From positions 738 through 64,737 of the forward strand of contig CAZJGC010000003.1 in the NCBI GenBank assembly GCA_964545795.1: a DNA stretch of 64,000 nt. The letters run 5' to 3'. This DNA is from an uncultured archaeon (GTDB taxonomy: Archaea > Aenigmatarchaeota > Aenigmatarchaeia > Aenigmatarchaeales > DAIDAN01). The notes below the pieces were generated by a model. That model ran no database searches, had not been told where the DNA came from, and worked only from the letters and a program-made list of their open reading frames with translations. This document shows, one piece after another, positions 39,864-50,213 of this stretch (within the stretch, counting starts at the first letter, position 1; each line of letters starts with the position of its first letter). A program made the translations under genes and the position numbers.

Positions 39864-42616
39864 ATTTCTTTCAAAATATCTTTTTTTGCCTTTTCAATAG
39901 TTTCTTTTAGTTTGTCTTTGTTTGTTCCAAAACCCTGAGCAATTGACTGCGAACCTCCGCCTTTTCCTTCAAGCATTCTGCAGCATTCGGAAACAATTTT
40001 TCCAATATCTATTCCAGTATTTTTTCCAGCAGAGCCAAATATTTCTATTTTTTCATTTGCGGAAAAAAGCAAAATAACAGTGTCTTCAGAAGAAAGTATT
40101 CGCGATATTTTCTGCATTTGTTTCATATTTCCCTCAAGTTCAGAGACAAGAATTTTCCTGTTTTTTGCATTTTCAAACTTAAGATTTTCAATAATTTTTT
40201 CTGCGCTTTCCTTTGCCAGAAGCTCCTGTTTTTTTCTTTCACTCTTTATTTTCTCTGAAATTTTGCTTTCAATACCCGCGAACATATTTTCCAAATCAGC
40301 ATACTGTTCGTTTTCAATAAAATTAGCAATGTTTCTCTTAATTTCTTGCATATTAATTTTATATTTTTCAATTTTTGGTTTCAGTTCATTGAGTTTTGAT
40401 TCAGAAAATCTTTTGTAATATTCCTTTATTTTTTTGCCTGCTGCAATTTCAATTCTTATTATTCCATCCTGTATCTTCTCGGTTTTTAGAATTTTTATTT
40501 TCTCTATTTCTCCTGTATTGTCTGCATGCAAACCTCCGCATGCTTCGCTGTCTTCTGCAATAGACACAATGCGCAGAACTTTGCCAGGAACAGCACCTCC
40601 CTGATAAAGCCTGAAACCATACTTCTTTTCAGCTTCATTTCTCTCCAATATTTCCTTTTTGACAGTCAGTTTCTTGCTTATAATATCATTGCACATCCTT
40701 TCTATTTCTTTCATCTCTTCAGTTGTCAAGTTTTTATAGTGTGTTATATCCAGCCTTGCTTTCTTATCGTCTTTGTATGAACCTGCCTGCCATATATGGT
40801 TTCCAAGAATTCTTCTGCAAGACAGATTGAGAATGTGCACTGCTGTGTGATGGTTTCTTATTGCTTCTCTTCTTTCCTTGTTTATTTTTCCGTTTACAGT
40901 TTCCCCTTCCTTAAATTTGCCTTCTACGAAATGAATAATTATGTTTCCCGCTTTCTCAACATTATAAACCCGATGCCCGTTTATTGTTCCAAGGTCTGGT
41001 TCTGCTCCTCCGCCTCTTGGATAGAAGGCTGTTCTGTCAAGAATAATCTTCTCTCCTTCTGCTTTTAAAACTTTTGCTGAAAATTCATATAACTTCTCAT
41101 TTTCATAGTAAATTTTTTCTGTTTCAGGAACATTGTATTCTGGCATTTCTTCTTTCTCTTTTTTTGTCTTGATATTTTCATGCCTTTCAGAAACCTTTTT
41201 GTAGAAATCTTCAGGTATTTTTATTTTTAGTTTGTCTGCTATTATGTCAGGGCTAATGCCGTGCGAATCATAAAGTTCAATTAGTTTGCTTTCCGAAATA
41301 TCTGCAGAAAGCGTTGAGATAATTTTTCTTGTTTTTTTCTTGGTTTCATTGTATTTCTTTTCTTCAAATTCCAGTATTCTTGATATTTCATCAAGGTTTT
41401 CCATAAGTTCAGGGTATTGTTTTTTAAGGTATAATGCATGTTCTTTGCACAAGTCTGGCAGGGAAATATCCCAGTTATATTTGCTTATAAAGTCAAGAGA
41501 GCGTCTTAAAATAACGCGCAGGTTATATCCTCCGCCTACATTTGATGGCAGGCAGCCATCATTTATTGCAACCAGAAGCGAGCGCGCATGGTCTCCTATG
41601 GCATAAAGCGCTGATATTGGAATTATTTTTTCTTTCAATTCTTTCACGTCAATGCTAATTTCTTTTGCAATATTCTGCCATACCTTTTCAATGCTGTCAA
41701 CTTCGTCAAGGTTCAGCATTCCTGAATATGGAAGAAACTTGCTCCATACAAACCTGTCTGGTTTTATTCCTGTAATTGAGAAAAGTTTTTTTGCAACAGA
41801 AGGAAAGACAACGTCATAACTTGTATTCGTGCCATGAGAAAGCCATGCATATCTTTCCTGACCCATTCCCATATCAAGCGTTTTAATATTCAGTTCTTTT
41901 ATTCCGTTTCTTATGTCATATTGCATGTATACCTGATTTCCAAGTTCAAGTCCTCTTGAGAAAAATTCTATACTGGGTCCCATTTTGCCCGAGCCAGCCC
42001 ATGCATCTTCATGGAACTGAAGTTCAGAGCAAGGGATTTTTATTTCATCTATAAGCCATTCAAGAATATGCGTTAAATACTGTTCCGGCGAATAATCCTT
42101 TCCTGATGCAAAAGCATGCTGCCCAATCATTACAAATCCTGTATTGTGTCTGCCTGTTATGCCTACATTGTCAATGTCATTGAATCTTATACAGAATTGG
42201 GGAACCGTTAAGGGGTTGAACGGAGGTTCTGATTCTCCTGACAAAACATGAGGTATGAAATCATCTATAGAAGCTTCTACAAAGTAAATATCTTCTCTCC
42301 ATCTTGCAACAATAGGATATCTTCTTATTGGCGTATAATCATGTTTTTTGAAGAGTTTGGAGAACCTTTGCCATACTTCAAGATATTCTAAAGGCTTTAT
42401 AGGAGAATTGTTTATAAATTGATATTTGCCTGAACAGTTCGGGTCTCCGCATATTTCTCTATCAGCAAATGACCAGTAAAAACTTCCGCATTTTTTGCAT
42501 TTGTATCTTTTAAATCCTTTGTCTTTCAAAACCTTAACAGGATAATATTTTTCAGGATTTTTCTGCGCTTTTTCCTTGAAACCGTTTTTTATTCTTTTTT
42601 CTTTTAAAGTTGCCAT
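39857..42616 (-). CDS. alaS: Alanyl-tRNA synthetase (archaeal type)
   Basis: RWR.D, CIRFND, DMGMGQER, DHAR, HTAVH, CGGLH, GKGGG. Confidence 0.97.
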   Translation of the reverse strand: MATLKEKRIKNGFKEKAQKNPEKYYPVKVLKDKGFKRYKCKKCGSFYWSFADREICGDPNCSGKYQFINNSPIKPLEYLEVWQRFSKLFKKHDYTPIRRYPIVARWREDIYFVEASIDDFIPHVLSGESEPPFNPLTVPQFCIRFNDIDNVGITGRHNTGFVMIGQHAFASGKDYSPEQYLTHILEWLIDEIKIPCSELQFHEDAWAGSGKMGPSIEFFSRGLELGNQVYMQYDIRNGIKELNIKTLDMGMGQERYAWLSHGTNTSYDVVFPSVAKKLFSITGIKPDRFVWSKFLPYSGMLNLDEVDSIEKVWQNIAKEISIDVKELKEKIIPISALYAIGDHARSLLVAINDGCLPSNVGGGYNLRVILRRSLDFISKYNWDISLPDLCKEHALYLKKQYPELMENLDEISRILEFEEKKYNETKKKTRKIISTLSADISESKLIELYDSHGISPDIIADKLKIKIPEDFYKKVSERHENIKTKKEKEEMPEYNVPETEKIYYENEKLYEFSAKVLKAEGEKIILDRTAFYPRGGGAEPDLGTINGHRVYNVEKAGNIIIHFVEGKFKEGETVNGKINKERREAIRNHHTAVHILNLSCRRILGNHIWQAGSYKDDKKARLDITHYKNLTTEEMKEIERMCNDIISKKLTVKKEILERNEAEKKYGFRLYQGGAVPGKVLRIVSIAEDSEACGGLHADNTGEIEKIKILKTEKIQDGIIRIEIAAGKKIKEYYKRFSESKLNELKPKIEKYKINMQEIKRNIANFIENEQYADLENMFAGIESKISEKIKSERKKQELLAKESAEKIIENLKFENAKNRKILVSELEGNMKQMQKISRILSSEDTVILLFSANEKIEIFGSAGKNTGIDIGKIVSECCRMLEGKGGGSQSIAQGFGTNKDKLKETIEKAKKDILKEIQ

Positions 42617-42666
42617 GGTAATCACATAACTTAATTAAATCTATATTGATTTAAGTTTTAACAAGT

Positions 42667-43842
42667 TTATTTTCTTCTTAGAGAATTGTTTATGTTCAGA
42701 TTTGCAAGCAGGTTAGAAAACAGGATGGGAATTATAAATGTAAACACTATTGTTGAAGCCAATATAACTGAATATAAGCCAGAATGTATAATGCTGTTTT
42801 CAAACAATATTTTTATAATAATTATGCTTGTGCTAAATCTTACTGAAATTCCTATTCCAAGCATTATAGATTTTTTTGTTCCAAGTTCATTTCTGCCAAT
42901 AAGCCAGCTTCCAAGAATTTTTGCAATGCCTGATACAAGAATGACAAGCACAATAAACAGAGGGTAGGATGCAAGGTATTTTATGTTTATTGAACTTCCT
43001 GCCCAAAGAAAGAATATTGGAGCGAAAAACCCGTAGCACATTGTTCTTACTTCGCTTTCTATCAATTGCAGCCTTTTTTCAGGAAGAAATGTTTTAAGAG
43101 CAAGCCCTGAAAGCAGTGCTGCAACAGCAGTGCTGTATGCATATTCTCCTATGCCAAGAAACAGGAAGAATATGAAGATTATGAACAGAAACAAGTCTTC
43201 AATATCTATTGAACTGAACTTCCTTCCTTCTTCTCTGAATTTTGTCAAGCCAAAAGCCAATGCAAATAATACAAACAAAGAAATTAATATCAATGCAGTA
43301 TTTATATGAACTTCGGCTGCACTTGAACTTATTAAGAGTATTGCTGTAATCAGAGTTAAAACTTCTATTATGTCGTCCAAAGTTCCAATGCCTATTATTG
43401 CCTGCCCTAATTTTGAATTTACTATTTTAAACTCATCTAAAATAGGAATTAAAATAGCTTCGCCAACTGTGGCAAAAGAAAGTGCCACAACAAAGGAGAT
43501 AAACCATGCATAACCGAAAACAAAATGGACTAATAAGGTTCCAAACAAGGATTCAAATAAAATTATAAAGAAAGTTGCTTTAAAAATGAATTTGCCCTGT
43601 TTTTTTAGTTTATTTAAGTCTATTTCAAGTCCTATAATGAATAGCAGAAAATACATGCCTAAATATGCCAAAAAATTAAATTCACTGGAGTTTGTGATAT
43701 AGGCAAAGGGATTGTATATTGCAAGCAGAAACCCTAAAATAAGGGCGGCAAATATCCATGGAACATTTATTTTTTCTATAATTCTGCCGATTGCAAAGGT
43801 AAGCAGAAATGCTATGCTCAGGAACAGAAATAAATTTAGCAT
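42667..43842 (-). CDS. Cation:proton antiporter (CPA2/Kef-type)
   Basis: LFIIGLEID, LDD, FFAPIFF; about 12 TMs. Confidence 0.9.
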   Translation of the reverse strand: MLNLFLFLSIAFLLTFAIGRIIEKINVPWIFAALILGFLLAIYNPFAYITNSSEFNFLAYLGMYFLLFIIGLEIDLNKLKKQGKFIFKATFFIILFESLFGTLLVHFVFGYAWFISFVVALSFATVGEAILIPILDEFKIVNSKLGQAIIGIGTLDDIIEVLTLITAILLISSSAAEVHINTALILISLFVLFALAFGLTKFREEGRKFSSIDIEDLFLFIIFIFFLFLGIGEYAYSTAVAALLSGLALKTFLPEKRLQLIESEVRTMCYGFFAPIFFLWAGSSINIKYLASYPLFIVLVILVSGIAKILGSWLIGRNELGTKKSIMLGIGISVRFSTSIIIIKILFENSIIHSGLYSVILASTIVFTFIIPILFSNLLANLNINNSLRRK

Positions 43843-43921
43843 ATTTTAAATATTGTATTTATGTGTTATTTATATTTATTTTAACGAACCATATATAAAG
43901 TGGTGAATATGAGAGGATGTT

Positions 43922-45364
43922 ATGATTGAGAAGATAGAATCTTTGGCAAAGAGACGCGGCATATTTTTTCCAAGCAGCGAAATTTATGGAGGCATTGCAG
44001 GCTTTTATGACTATGGAAGTGTAGGGACTTTAATAAAGAGAAAACTTGAAAATTTATGGAGAAAATATTTTCTTGGTCTTGACAGCAATTTTTTTGAAAT
44101 TGAACCTGCATGCATAATGCCTGAAAAGGTTTTTCTCGCAAGCGGGCATAAGGAAAATTTTGTTGACCCAACAGTAAAATGCAAAAAATGCGGAACTGTT
44201 CACAGGGCTGACCATATAATAGAAGAATATCTGAAGGAAAATTTTGAAGGTTTTAGCACGGATGAACTGACAAAGATTATAAAAAAACATAATATTGTTT
44301 GCATGAAATGCAGGGGAGAACTTGATAGAGTGTCTGTTCTTAATATGATGTTTCCTGTGCATATAGGAGCAGAATCAGAAATAACTGGTTATTTAAGGCC
44401 TGAGACAGCTCAGGGTGCTTATGTAAACTTTTCGCAGCAGTTTGAAGTTCAGAGAAAAAAACTGCCTCTTGGTTTGGCTGTTATTGGCAAATCTTTCAGA
44501 AACGAAATATCGCCAAGGCAGTTAACAACAAGAATGCGCGAGTTTTCTCAGGCAGAATTGCAGATTTTCTTTGACATGAACGAGATGGAAAACCATAAAA
44601 ACTGGGACGAGGTAAGAGATTATAAGATTATTCTATTTTCAAACAGGAAAACAAATGAAATGGCATGCGAAGAAGTTGCGAAGAAACTTCCAAAATTTTA
44701 CGTTTATTACATGGCAAAAATTCAGCAGTTCTTTTTGGAGGAGCTTAATATAGAAAGAGAAAAGTTCCGTTTCAGGGAATTGTCCGAAGAGGAGAGAGCC
44801 TTTTACAATAAAATACATTGGGATATTGAGCTTAATCTTAGTTCAATCGGCTGGAAAGAAGTTGGAGGCATACACTACAGAACTGACCATGATTTGAAGG
44901 GTCATGAGAAAGTGTCCGGGCAGAAACAGGAAATTTTTTTCAATGGAAGAAAATTCATTCCTCATGTTCTTGAGTTAAGTTTCGGAGTGGACAGAATAAT
45001 TTTCGCGTTGCTTGATTTATGCTATTTTGAAGGAAAAAGAACAATTTTGAAACTGCCGAAGAAAGTGGCGCCTTTCTCAGTTGCCGTCTTTCCCCTTGTT
45101 AATAAAGGCGGACTGGACAAAAAGGCTGAAGAGGTTTATAAATCTCTGAAGCAAGACTTTGGTGTTTTTTATGATGATTCCGGTTCTATAGGAAGGAGAT
45201 ATGCAAGAGCAGATGAAATAGGAATCCCTTTCTGCATAACAATTGATTTCCAGACATTGGAAGACGGAACTGTCACAATAAGAGACAGGGATACAACAAA
45301 TCAGGAGAGGGTTAAGATTGAGGAACTTAATGCAAAAATACAGGAAGATATAAGAACGGTTTGA
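43922..45364 (+). CDS. glyS: Glycyl-tRNA synthetase (alpha2 type)
   Basis: EIYGG, LRPETAQG, FRNEISPR, ELSFGVDR, SIGRRY. Confidence 0.97.
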   Translation: MIEKIESLAKRRGIFFPSSEIYGGIAGFYDYGSVGTLIKRKLENLWRKYFLGLDSNFFEIEPACIMPEKVFLASGHKENFVDPTVKCKKCGTVHRADHIIEEYLKENFEGFSTDELTKIIKKHNIVCMKCRGELDRVSVLNMMFPVHIGAESEITGYLRPETAQGAYVNFSQQFEVQRKKLPLGLAVIGKSFRNEISPRQLTTRMREFSQAELQIFFDMNEMENHKNWDEVRDYKIILFSNRKTNEMACEEVAKKLPKFYVYYMAKIQQFFLEELNIEREKFRFRELSEEERAFYNKIHWDIELNLSSIGWKEVGGIHYRTDHDLKGHEKVSGQKQEIFFNGRKFIPHVLELSFGVDRIIFALLDLCYFEGKRTILKLPKKVAPFSVAVFPLVNKGGLDKKAEEVYKSLKQDFGVFYDDSGSIGRRYARADEIGIPFCITIDFQTLEDGTVTIRDRDTTNQERVKIEELNAKIQEDIRTV

Positions 45365-45399
45365 TAAAACTTTTATTTTTTGAAAAATAATTTTCTGTT

Positions 45400-46581
45400 A
45401 TGATTTTTTCACATTCAAGGTTGAGCTGTTTTGAACAATGTCCGTTAAAGTTCAAATTCAAATATATTGACAGGCTGGAAACAGAGGCAGAAGAATCAAT
45501 AGAGGCATTTCTTGGAAAGCGCGTGCACGAAACGCTGGAAAAACTTTACAGGGATTTGAAATTCCAAAAACAGAACACTTTGGAGGAACTTTTGGAATTT
45601 TTTAATTCTCAGTGGGACAAGAATTGGAATGACAATATAATAATAGTAAGAAGCGACTACTCTCCGGAAAACCACAGAAAAATGGGAATAAAATTTATAA
45701 CTGACTATTATAACAGATACAAGCCTTTTAATGATTCAATAGTTCTGGACTTGGAAAAACATATTGTTATAGATTTGAATGGAGATGGAAAATATAAATT
45801 GCAGGGATATATAGACAGGCTGTCAATGAAAGACGATATAATAGAAATACATGACTATAAGACAAATGCGCATTTGCCAATAAAGGATTATATTGAGCAG
45901 GACAGGCAACTGGCTCTTTATAATCTGGCTGTCAAAAACATGTATCCCTTTGCAAAGGAGGTTCATTTAATATGGCATTTTCTTGCTTTTGATAAAGAGA
46001 TTAGAATAGTTAAGACAGATAAAGAGCTTGAACATCTTAAGAAAGAAACAATAAAACTTATAGATAAAATTAAAAACGAAAAGGAATTTGCTGCGAGAGA
46101 ATCATCTCTTTGTTCATGGTGCGAGTTTGCGCAGTATTGTCCGAAAAAGAAGCATATGTTAAAAGTTAACAGCCTAAGTTCAAATGAGTTTCTGAATGAA
46201 GATGGAGTTAAACTTGTAAATATGTATGCTGAAACAAAAGAAAAGATAGATAAATTGGAAAAACAGCTTGAAGCTCTTAAAGAGGCTATAATAGAGTATG
46301 GAAAGAAAAACAATGTAGATAATATAACAGGCTCTGAAGTAATAGCAAGAATAGCAGTTTATAAAAACATAAAATTTCCCGGGAAAAACGATTCTAATAG
46401 AGGGGTTCTGGACAAAATAATAAAAGAGAACAATTTATGGGACAGGTTTTCAACTCTTGACGTGTTTTCCCTTTCAAGGGCAATTCAGAACGGAGAGGTT
46501 GGCGAGAATTTTATAAAACAAATAAAGGATTTAGTAAGCGCGGAAGAAAGAAGAGTGATTTATTTGAAAAGGAAAGATTGA
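45400..46581 (+). CDS. PD-(D/E)XK RecB/AddB-like nuclease
   Basis: SHSRL...CP, GYIDR, DYKT, QLALY, CSWC...CP. Confidence 0.9.
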   Translation: MIFSHSRLSCFEQCPLKFKFKYIDRLETEAEESIEAFLGKRVHETLEKLYRDLKFQKQNTLEELLEFFNSQWDKNWNDNIIIVRSDYSPENHRKMGIKFITDYYNRYKPFNDSIVLDLEKHIVIDLNGDGKYKLQGYIDRLSMKDDIIEIHDYKTNAHLPIKDYIEQDRQLALYNLAVKNMYPFAKEVHLIWHFLAFDKEIRIVKTDKELEHLKKETIKLIDKIKNEKEFAARESSLCSWCEFAQYCPKKKHMLKVNSLSSNEFLNEDGVKLVNMYAETKEKIDKLEKQLEALKEAIIEYGKKNNVDNITGSEVIARIAVYKNIKFPGKNDSNRGVLDKIIKENNLWDRFSTLDVFSLSRAIQNGEVGENFIKQIKDLVSAEERRVIYLKRKD

Positions 46582-46608
46582 AGTATCTTGAAGCGCCAAG
46601 TAATTATT

Positions 46609-47211
46609 ATGAAGCATTATTCATTTTATCTTATTGGAATTTGCATAGCAGTTTTTATTCTTCAAAACATATTTCCATGGGTTACTAACAACTTTGCGCT
46701 TATTCAATCCCGCGCTTTAACCGAGCCATGGATGTTTTTGACAAATATTTTTCTGCATGGCAGCGTTCTTCACTTAATGTATAATATGTTTGCTCTTGGT
46801 TTGTTTGGCTTTATTCTTGAAAGAATAGTTGGCAGTAAATTATTTTTAGCAATATTTTTTATAACAGGATTGGTTGCCTCAATAGGAAGTTTTATGTTTT
46901 ATAATGCTTCTCTTGGAGCAAGCGGGGCAATTTTTGGCATTCTCGGAGTTCTTGCTGTTTTAAGACCAAGAATGATGATATGGGTTTATGTTCCAATGCC
47001 AATGATTCTGGCTATTTTTGTCTGGGCTGTTGCAGATTTTATAGGATTGTTCTATCCTTCTGGAGTAGCAAATGTTGCGCATCTTGCAGGCATGGCTTCG
47101 GGAATAATTTTCGGGCTGATTATAAGAGAAAAATTTGCTGAGAAGAAGGAAGTAAGGTATGATATTGATGAAACAAAATTCAGGCAGTGGGAAGACAAAT
47201 GGATGAATTAA
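46609..47211 (+). CDS. Rhomboid intramembrane serine protease
   Basis: FLH, HL..NM, GASGA, AHLAG. Confidence 0.95.
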   Translation: MKHYSFYLIGICIAVFILQNIFPWVTNNFALIQSRALTEPWMFLTNIFLHGSVLHLMYNMFALGLFGFILERIVGSKLFLAIFFITGLVASIGSFMFYNASLGASGAIFGILGVLAVLRPRMMIWVYVPMPMILAIFVWAVADFIGLFYPSGVANVAHLAGMASGIIFGLIIREKFAEKKEVRYDIDETKFRQWEDKWMN

Positions 47212-47963
47212 TAATTATAGCTTAACACGAGTTTGCTATTCTCGTCTCTAATAAACAGAATATCTTCATCATTATTCCATGCAGGTTTTTTCCTGCACAT
47301 GTAGACTTTTTCTTTTGTATTGTTTCCGCAACCTGTATATACTGTTAGCGTTGAATTTGCAACAAAATTTGAAAATGTATATATAATTCTGTTTCTGTCT
47401 TTTATTGTCCATGAATTTATGTTAATTGGTTTGCATTTGTTTTTAAGAGTAAAGTATTCGCCATTAAGGTTTTTGTTATCATCCCCATATGCATCCCAGA
47501 CAAACTCAGAAACATAAAAGCATTTTGAGTAGTTTCCCTTTTTCCATATTCCAATATTGTTCTGTTTTGCTGTTTGTTCTGCAACCAACAGTTCGTGTTT
47601 TATTCCTTTATGCGTGTATATATGCGCATAACCTCTTTTTACAAGTTCAAGATTTACAAAAATATTCTTAAAATAAATATATCTTAGAAGTCTTCCATAC
47701 CTGTCAGTTTCTTTGCCTTCTATGGTTATGTTCTTTCTTTCTATCATCTGCTTCAGAAAATCTTTTGCTTCCTGATAATATGCTTCTCCTATTTCAGGCG
47801 CATTTATTCCAAGTAATCTTATTGTTCCTATATTGGTTTTTATTGTGTCGCCGTCTATAACTTTTTCTACATATGCTGTTTTGTTCTGGTGAGACATATA
47901 GGAATCAATGAAATAAAAGAATAAAGTAATAAGGATTGCAATCGCAAATGCTGTTTTTCTCAT
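47208..47963 (-). CDS. Secreted thermonuclease with lamin-tail domain
   Basis: VIDGDT, RLLGINAPE, DRYGRLL; EYFTLKN, WNNDED. Confidence 0.92.
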   Translation of the reverse strand: MRKTAFAIAILITLFFYFIDSYMSHQNKTAYVEKVIDGDTIKTNIGTIRLLGINAPEIGEAYYQEAKDFLKQMIERKNITIEGKETDRYGRLLRYIYFKNIFVNLELVKRGYAHIYTHKGIKHELLVAEQTAKQNNIGIWKKGNYSKCFYVSEFVWDAYGDDNKNLNGEYFTLKNKCKPININSWTIKDRNRIIYTFSNFVANSTLTVYTGCGNNTKEKVYMCRKKPAWNNDEDILFIRDENSKLVLSYNY

Positions 47964-49078
47964 TTTCCAATCCTCAGCAGTCTTCTGATTTTGTCTCTCT
48001 TTCTTTCCTTTTTCCTTAAAAGAAATCTTTCAATATTGTTAAGAGCATTGCCTACAGCAACGCTCAAAATCCATGAAGTAGATTTTGATACAAACATGCC
48101 TTCATCAGTCATTAATCTGCATCTTATAGAGTATTTTATTCTTCCTGTTTTTCTATATTTCTTGATATGAATATACATGTATTGGATTTCATGGAATTGT
48201 GATACTTTTCTGACAAATTCTGATATCTGCTTGTCAATATCAGGGTCGCTTTTATCAAGACCTGTTATTTGCACATATAATCCTTCTTCTTTTTTATGCA
48301 GGGACAAATAAAGTTCTAAAATATCTCTGGTTGTTATTATGCCTATGGGGCTGTTTTCTTCAGTTATAACAACTCCCGGGTTTTTTGCTTCAATCATTTT
48401 GTCTATTATTGATTTTATAGATTCTGTCTTTTCTCCAGAAAGCACATTTTTGTTCATTATTGTTGAAACAGGTATGTTTGTTGTTGTTAATTTTTCTGCA
48501 GCTATTGAATACCAAGGTATTCTTTCTCTTGGTTTTATTGCTTTAAGCAGGTCAAGAACTGAGACAATCCCCACAAGTTCGCCGTAATCATTAACTACAG
48601 GAAGTTTTGATATGTTTTTCTCCCTCATTATAAACCTTGCCTTTCCTATATCGTCAGATTCTTTTATTACTTCGGCTGTGCTCATTATTTCCTCTGCCAA
48701 TGTTCGCCTTATCTGCTCGTTATTTATGGCTTTTAGCAAATCAAAAACAGAGAATATTCCTATAACCTTGTTCTTTTCAACTACGGGCAAAGCCCTGAAA
48801 CCTACTTTAAACAAAAATTCGGAAGCGTCTTCAATTTTCATGTTTTTTGAAAAAGTTGGTGTTTTGATTATGAATTTTTTTATTTTTGTTTTTGTAGGGT
48901 CGGATGCAACGCCTTTTGAGAACAGTTCTTTATAATTTATTATGCCAACATATCTCCCGTTTTCTATTACCGGAGCTTCACGTATATTATACTTTTCCAT
49001 AATGCTTATGAATTTTGTTATGCTGTCATTGGAATTTATGGAAATTACATCTTTGCTCATAAAATCTTTCACAAACAT
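47960..49078 (-). CDS. Four-CBS protein with C-terminal HPF/RaiA-like domain
   Basis: Four CBS repeats; C-terminal VQITG...IHIKKY...YSIRCRL...VSKS...A...ALNNIER pattern. Confidence 0.8.
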   Translation of the reverse strand: MFVKDFMSKDVISINSNDSITKFISIMEKYNIREAPVIENGRYVGIINYKELFSKGVASDPTKTKIKKFIIKTPTFSKNMKIEDASEFLFKVGFRALPVVEKNKVIGIFSVFDLLKAINNEQIRRTLAEEIMSTAEVIKESDDIGKARFIMREKNISKLPVVNDYGELVGIVSVLDLLKAIKPRERIPWYSIAAEKLTTTNIPVSTIMNKNVLSGEKTESIKSIIDKMIEAKNPGVVITEENSPIGIITTRDILELYLSLHKKEEGLYVQITGLDKSDPDIDKQISEFVRKVSQFHEIQYMYIHIKKYRKTGRIKYSIRCRLMTDEGMFVSKSTSWILSVAVGNALNNIERFLLRKKERKRDKIRRLLRIGK

Positions 49079-49120
49079 AAATACCACGCAATAAATTATT
49101 AGTATTATGTTTTTATAAAC

Positions 49121-49657
49121 TTAGGGTGTAATTCTGACTATTTCAAAGTATACGACTTTATCATCTTTATCTACCAAAGCCCAGAGCATATGCGCTCTTA
49201 TGTTATGCGCAAGCCTGACTGCTCTGGAAAGTTCCTGAAAACCGCAGGAATAATTTTTTGGAACAGCAAAAACAATCCATTTTGTATGTTCTGCCGCGCT
49301 TTTTGGACCTCTTTTCAAAGGTTTTACTCCTTTATTATAGACGCGGAAGTCGCAGCCAAACTTGAATCCTGTTCTTGTTGGATATGATTTGTTTCTAAGG
49401 TCAGTGTAAACAATAAATCTTTCCCTGAATCTGTTGTCTATAGAGCAGCAATAATCAAAAAATTCATTAAATCCCATTTTTTTATTGTTGTTGTAAATTG
49501 TTATTTTCTTTTTTTTATATAGAAATGCTGCTTCCACAAGAGATAATTCAAGCCTGTCTTCTCTAAGCCTTCCATAATAATCATTTTCAAATATGTTTTT
49601 TGCTGCATTTCTGTCCCATATAAAAACCTTGTCCTGAGCAATCTGCGCTTTTATCAT
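49121..49657 (-). CDS. endA: tRNA splicing endonuclease, putative catalytic subunit
   Basis: LSLVEA, VY.DLR, TGFKFGCDFRVY, EH..W. Confidence 0.92.
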   Translation of the reverse strand: MIKAQIAQDKVFIWDRNAAKNIFENDYYGRLREDRLELSLVEAAFLYKKKKITIYNNNKKMGFNEFFDYCCSIDNRFRERFIVYTDLRNKSYPTRTGFKFGCDFRVYNKGVKPLKRGPKSAAEHTKWIVFAVPKNYSCGFQELSRAVRLAHNIRAHMLWALVDKDDKVVYFEIVRITP

Positions 49658-49669
49658 AATCATCACATT

Positions 49670-50179
49670 TTATATCTTCAGTTCATTTACAGCATAATAA
49701 GTTATGTCTGTGTCGTTGTCTACAACTGCCCATAGCGCAGTTGTTTTAATGTTTTGTGAGAGTTTTGTTGCTCTCTCAAGCATGCTAAAATCCGAAGGAT
49801 AATCTTCAGATGCAACAAAAACTATCCATTTTACTTTTTCTGCTTTATTTGGTTTTGCACCCCTGTCATAAACCCGAAGGTCCATGCCTTTAAATCCGAC
49901 TCTGACGGGGAGCCCCCTTTCTCTCATGTCTTTATAAACATAATAAAGATTAGTGAAATTATTGATTTTTGAGCAGCAGTAGTGATAAAAGTCAGAGAAT
50001 GATAATTTCTTGTTTTTAATAAATACTTCAAGCCTTCCTCTTTCCTGCAAAAGAAGAGCTTCCACAAGAGATAATTCAAGATTTCCTGATTTTATGTTTC
50101 CATACCATCCGTTGTCAAAGTATTCTTTGCCTTCTTTATCTTCTACTATTACTTTTATGTCTTCAATTCTTCCTTGCAT
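49670..50179 (-). CDS. tRNA splicing endonuclease paralogue, putative structural subunit
   Basis: LSLVEA, VYKDMRERG, DLRVY; catalytic His position reads AEKV. Confidence 0.85.
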   Translation of the reverse strand: MQGRIEDIKVIVEDKEGKEYFDNGWYGNIKSGNLELSLVEALLLQERGRLEVFIKNKKLSFSDFYHYCCSKINNFTNLYYVYKDMRERGLPVRVGFKGMDLRVYDRGAKPNKAEKVKWIVFVASEDYPSDFSMLERATKLSQNIKTTALWAVVDNDTDITYYAVNELKI

Positions 50180-50213
50180 AGAATTCACCGGAATTTAATT
50201 AATTATTTCAGAT

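Noticed and set aside
45400..46581. Cas4 of a CRISPR system
   Set aside because: Solo PD-(D/E)XK nuclease among housekeeping genes; no cas1/cas2 or array
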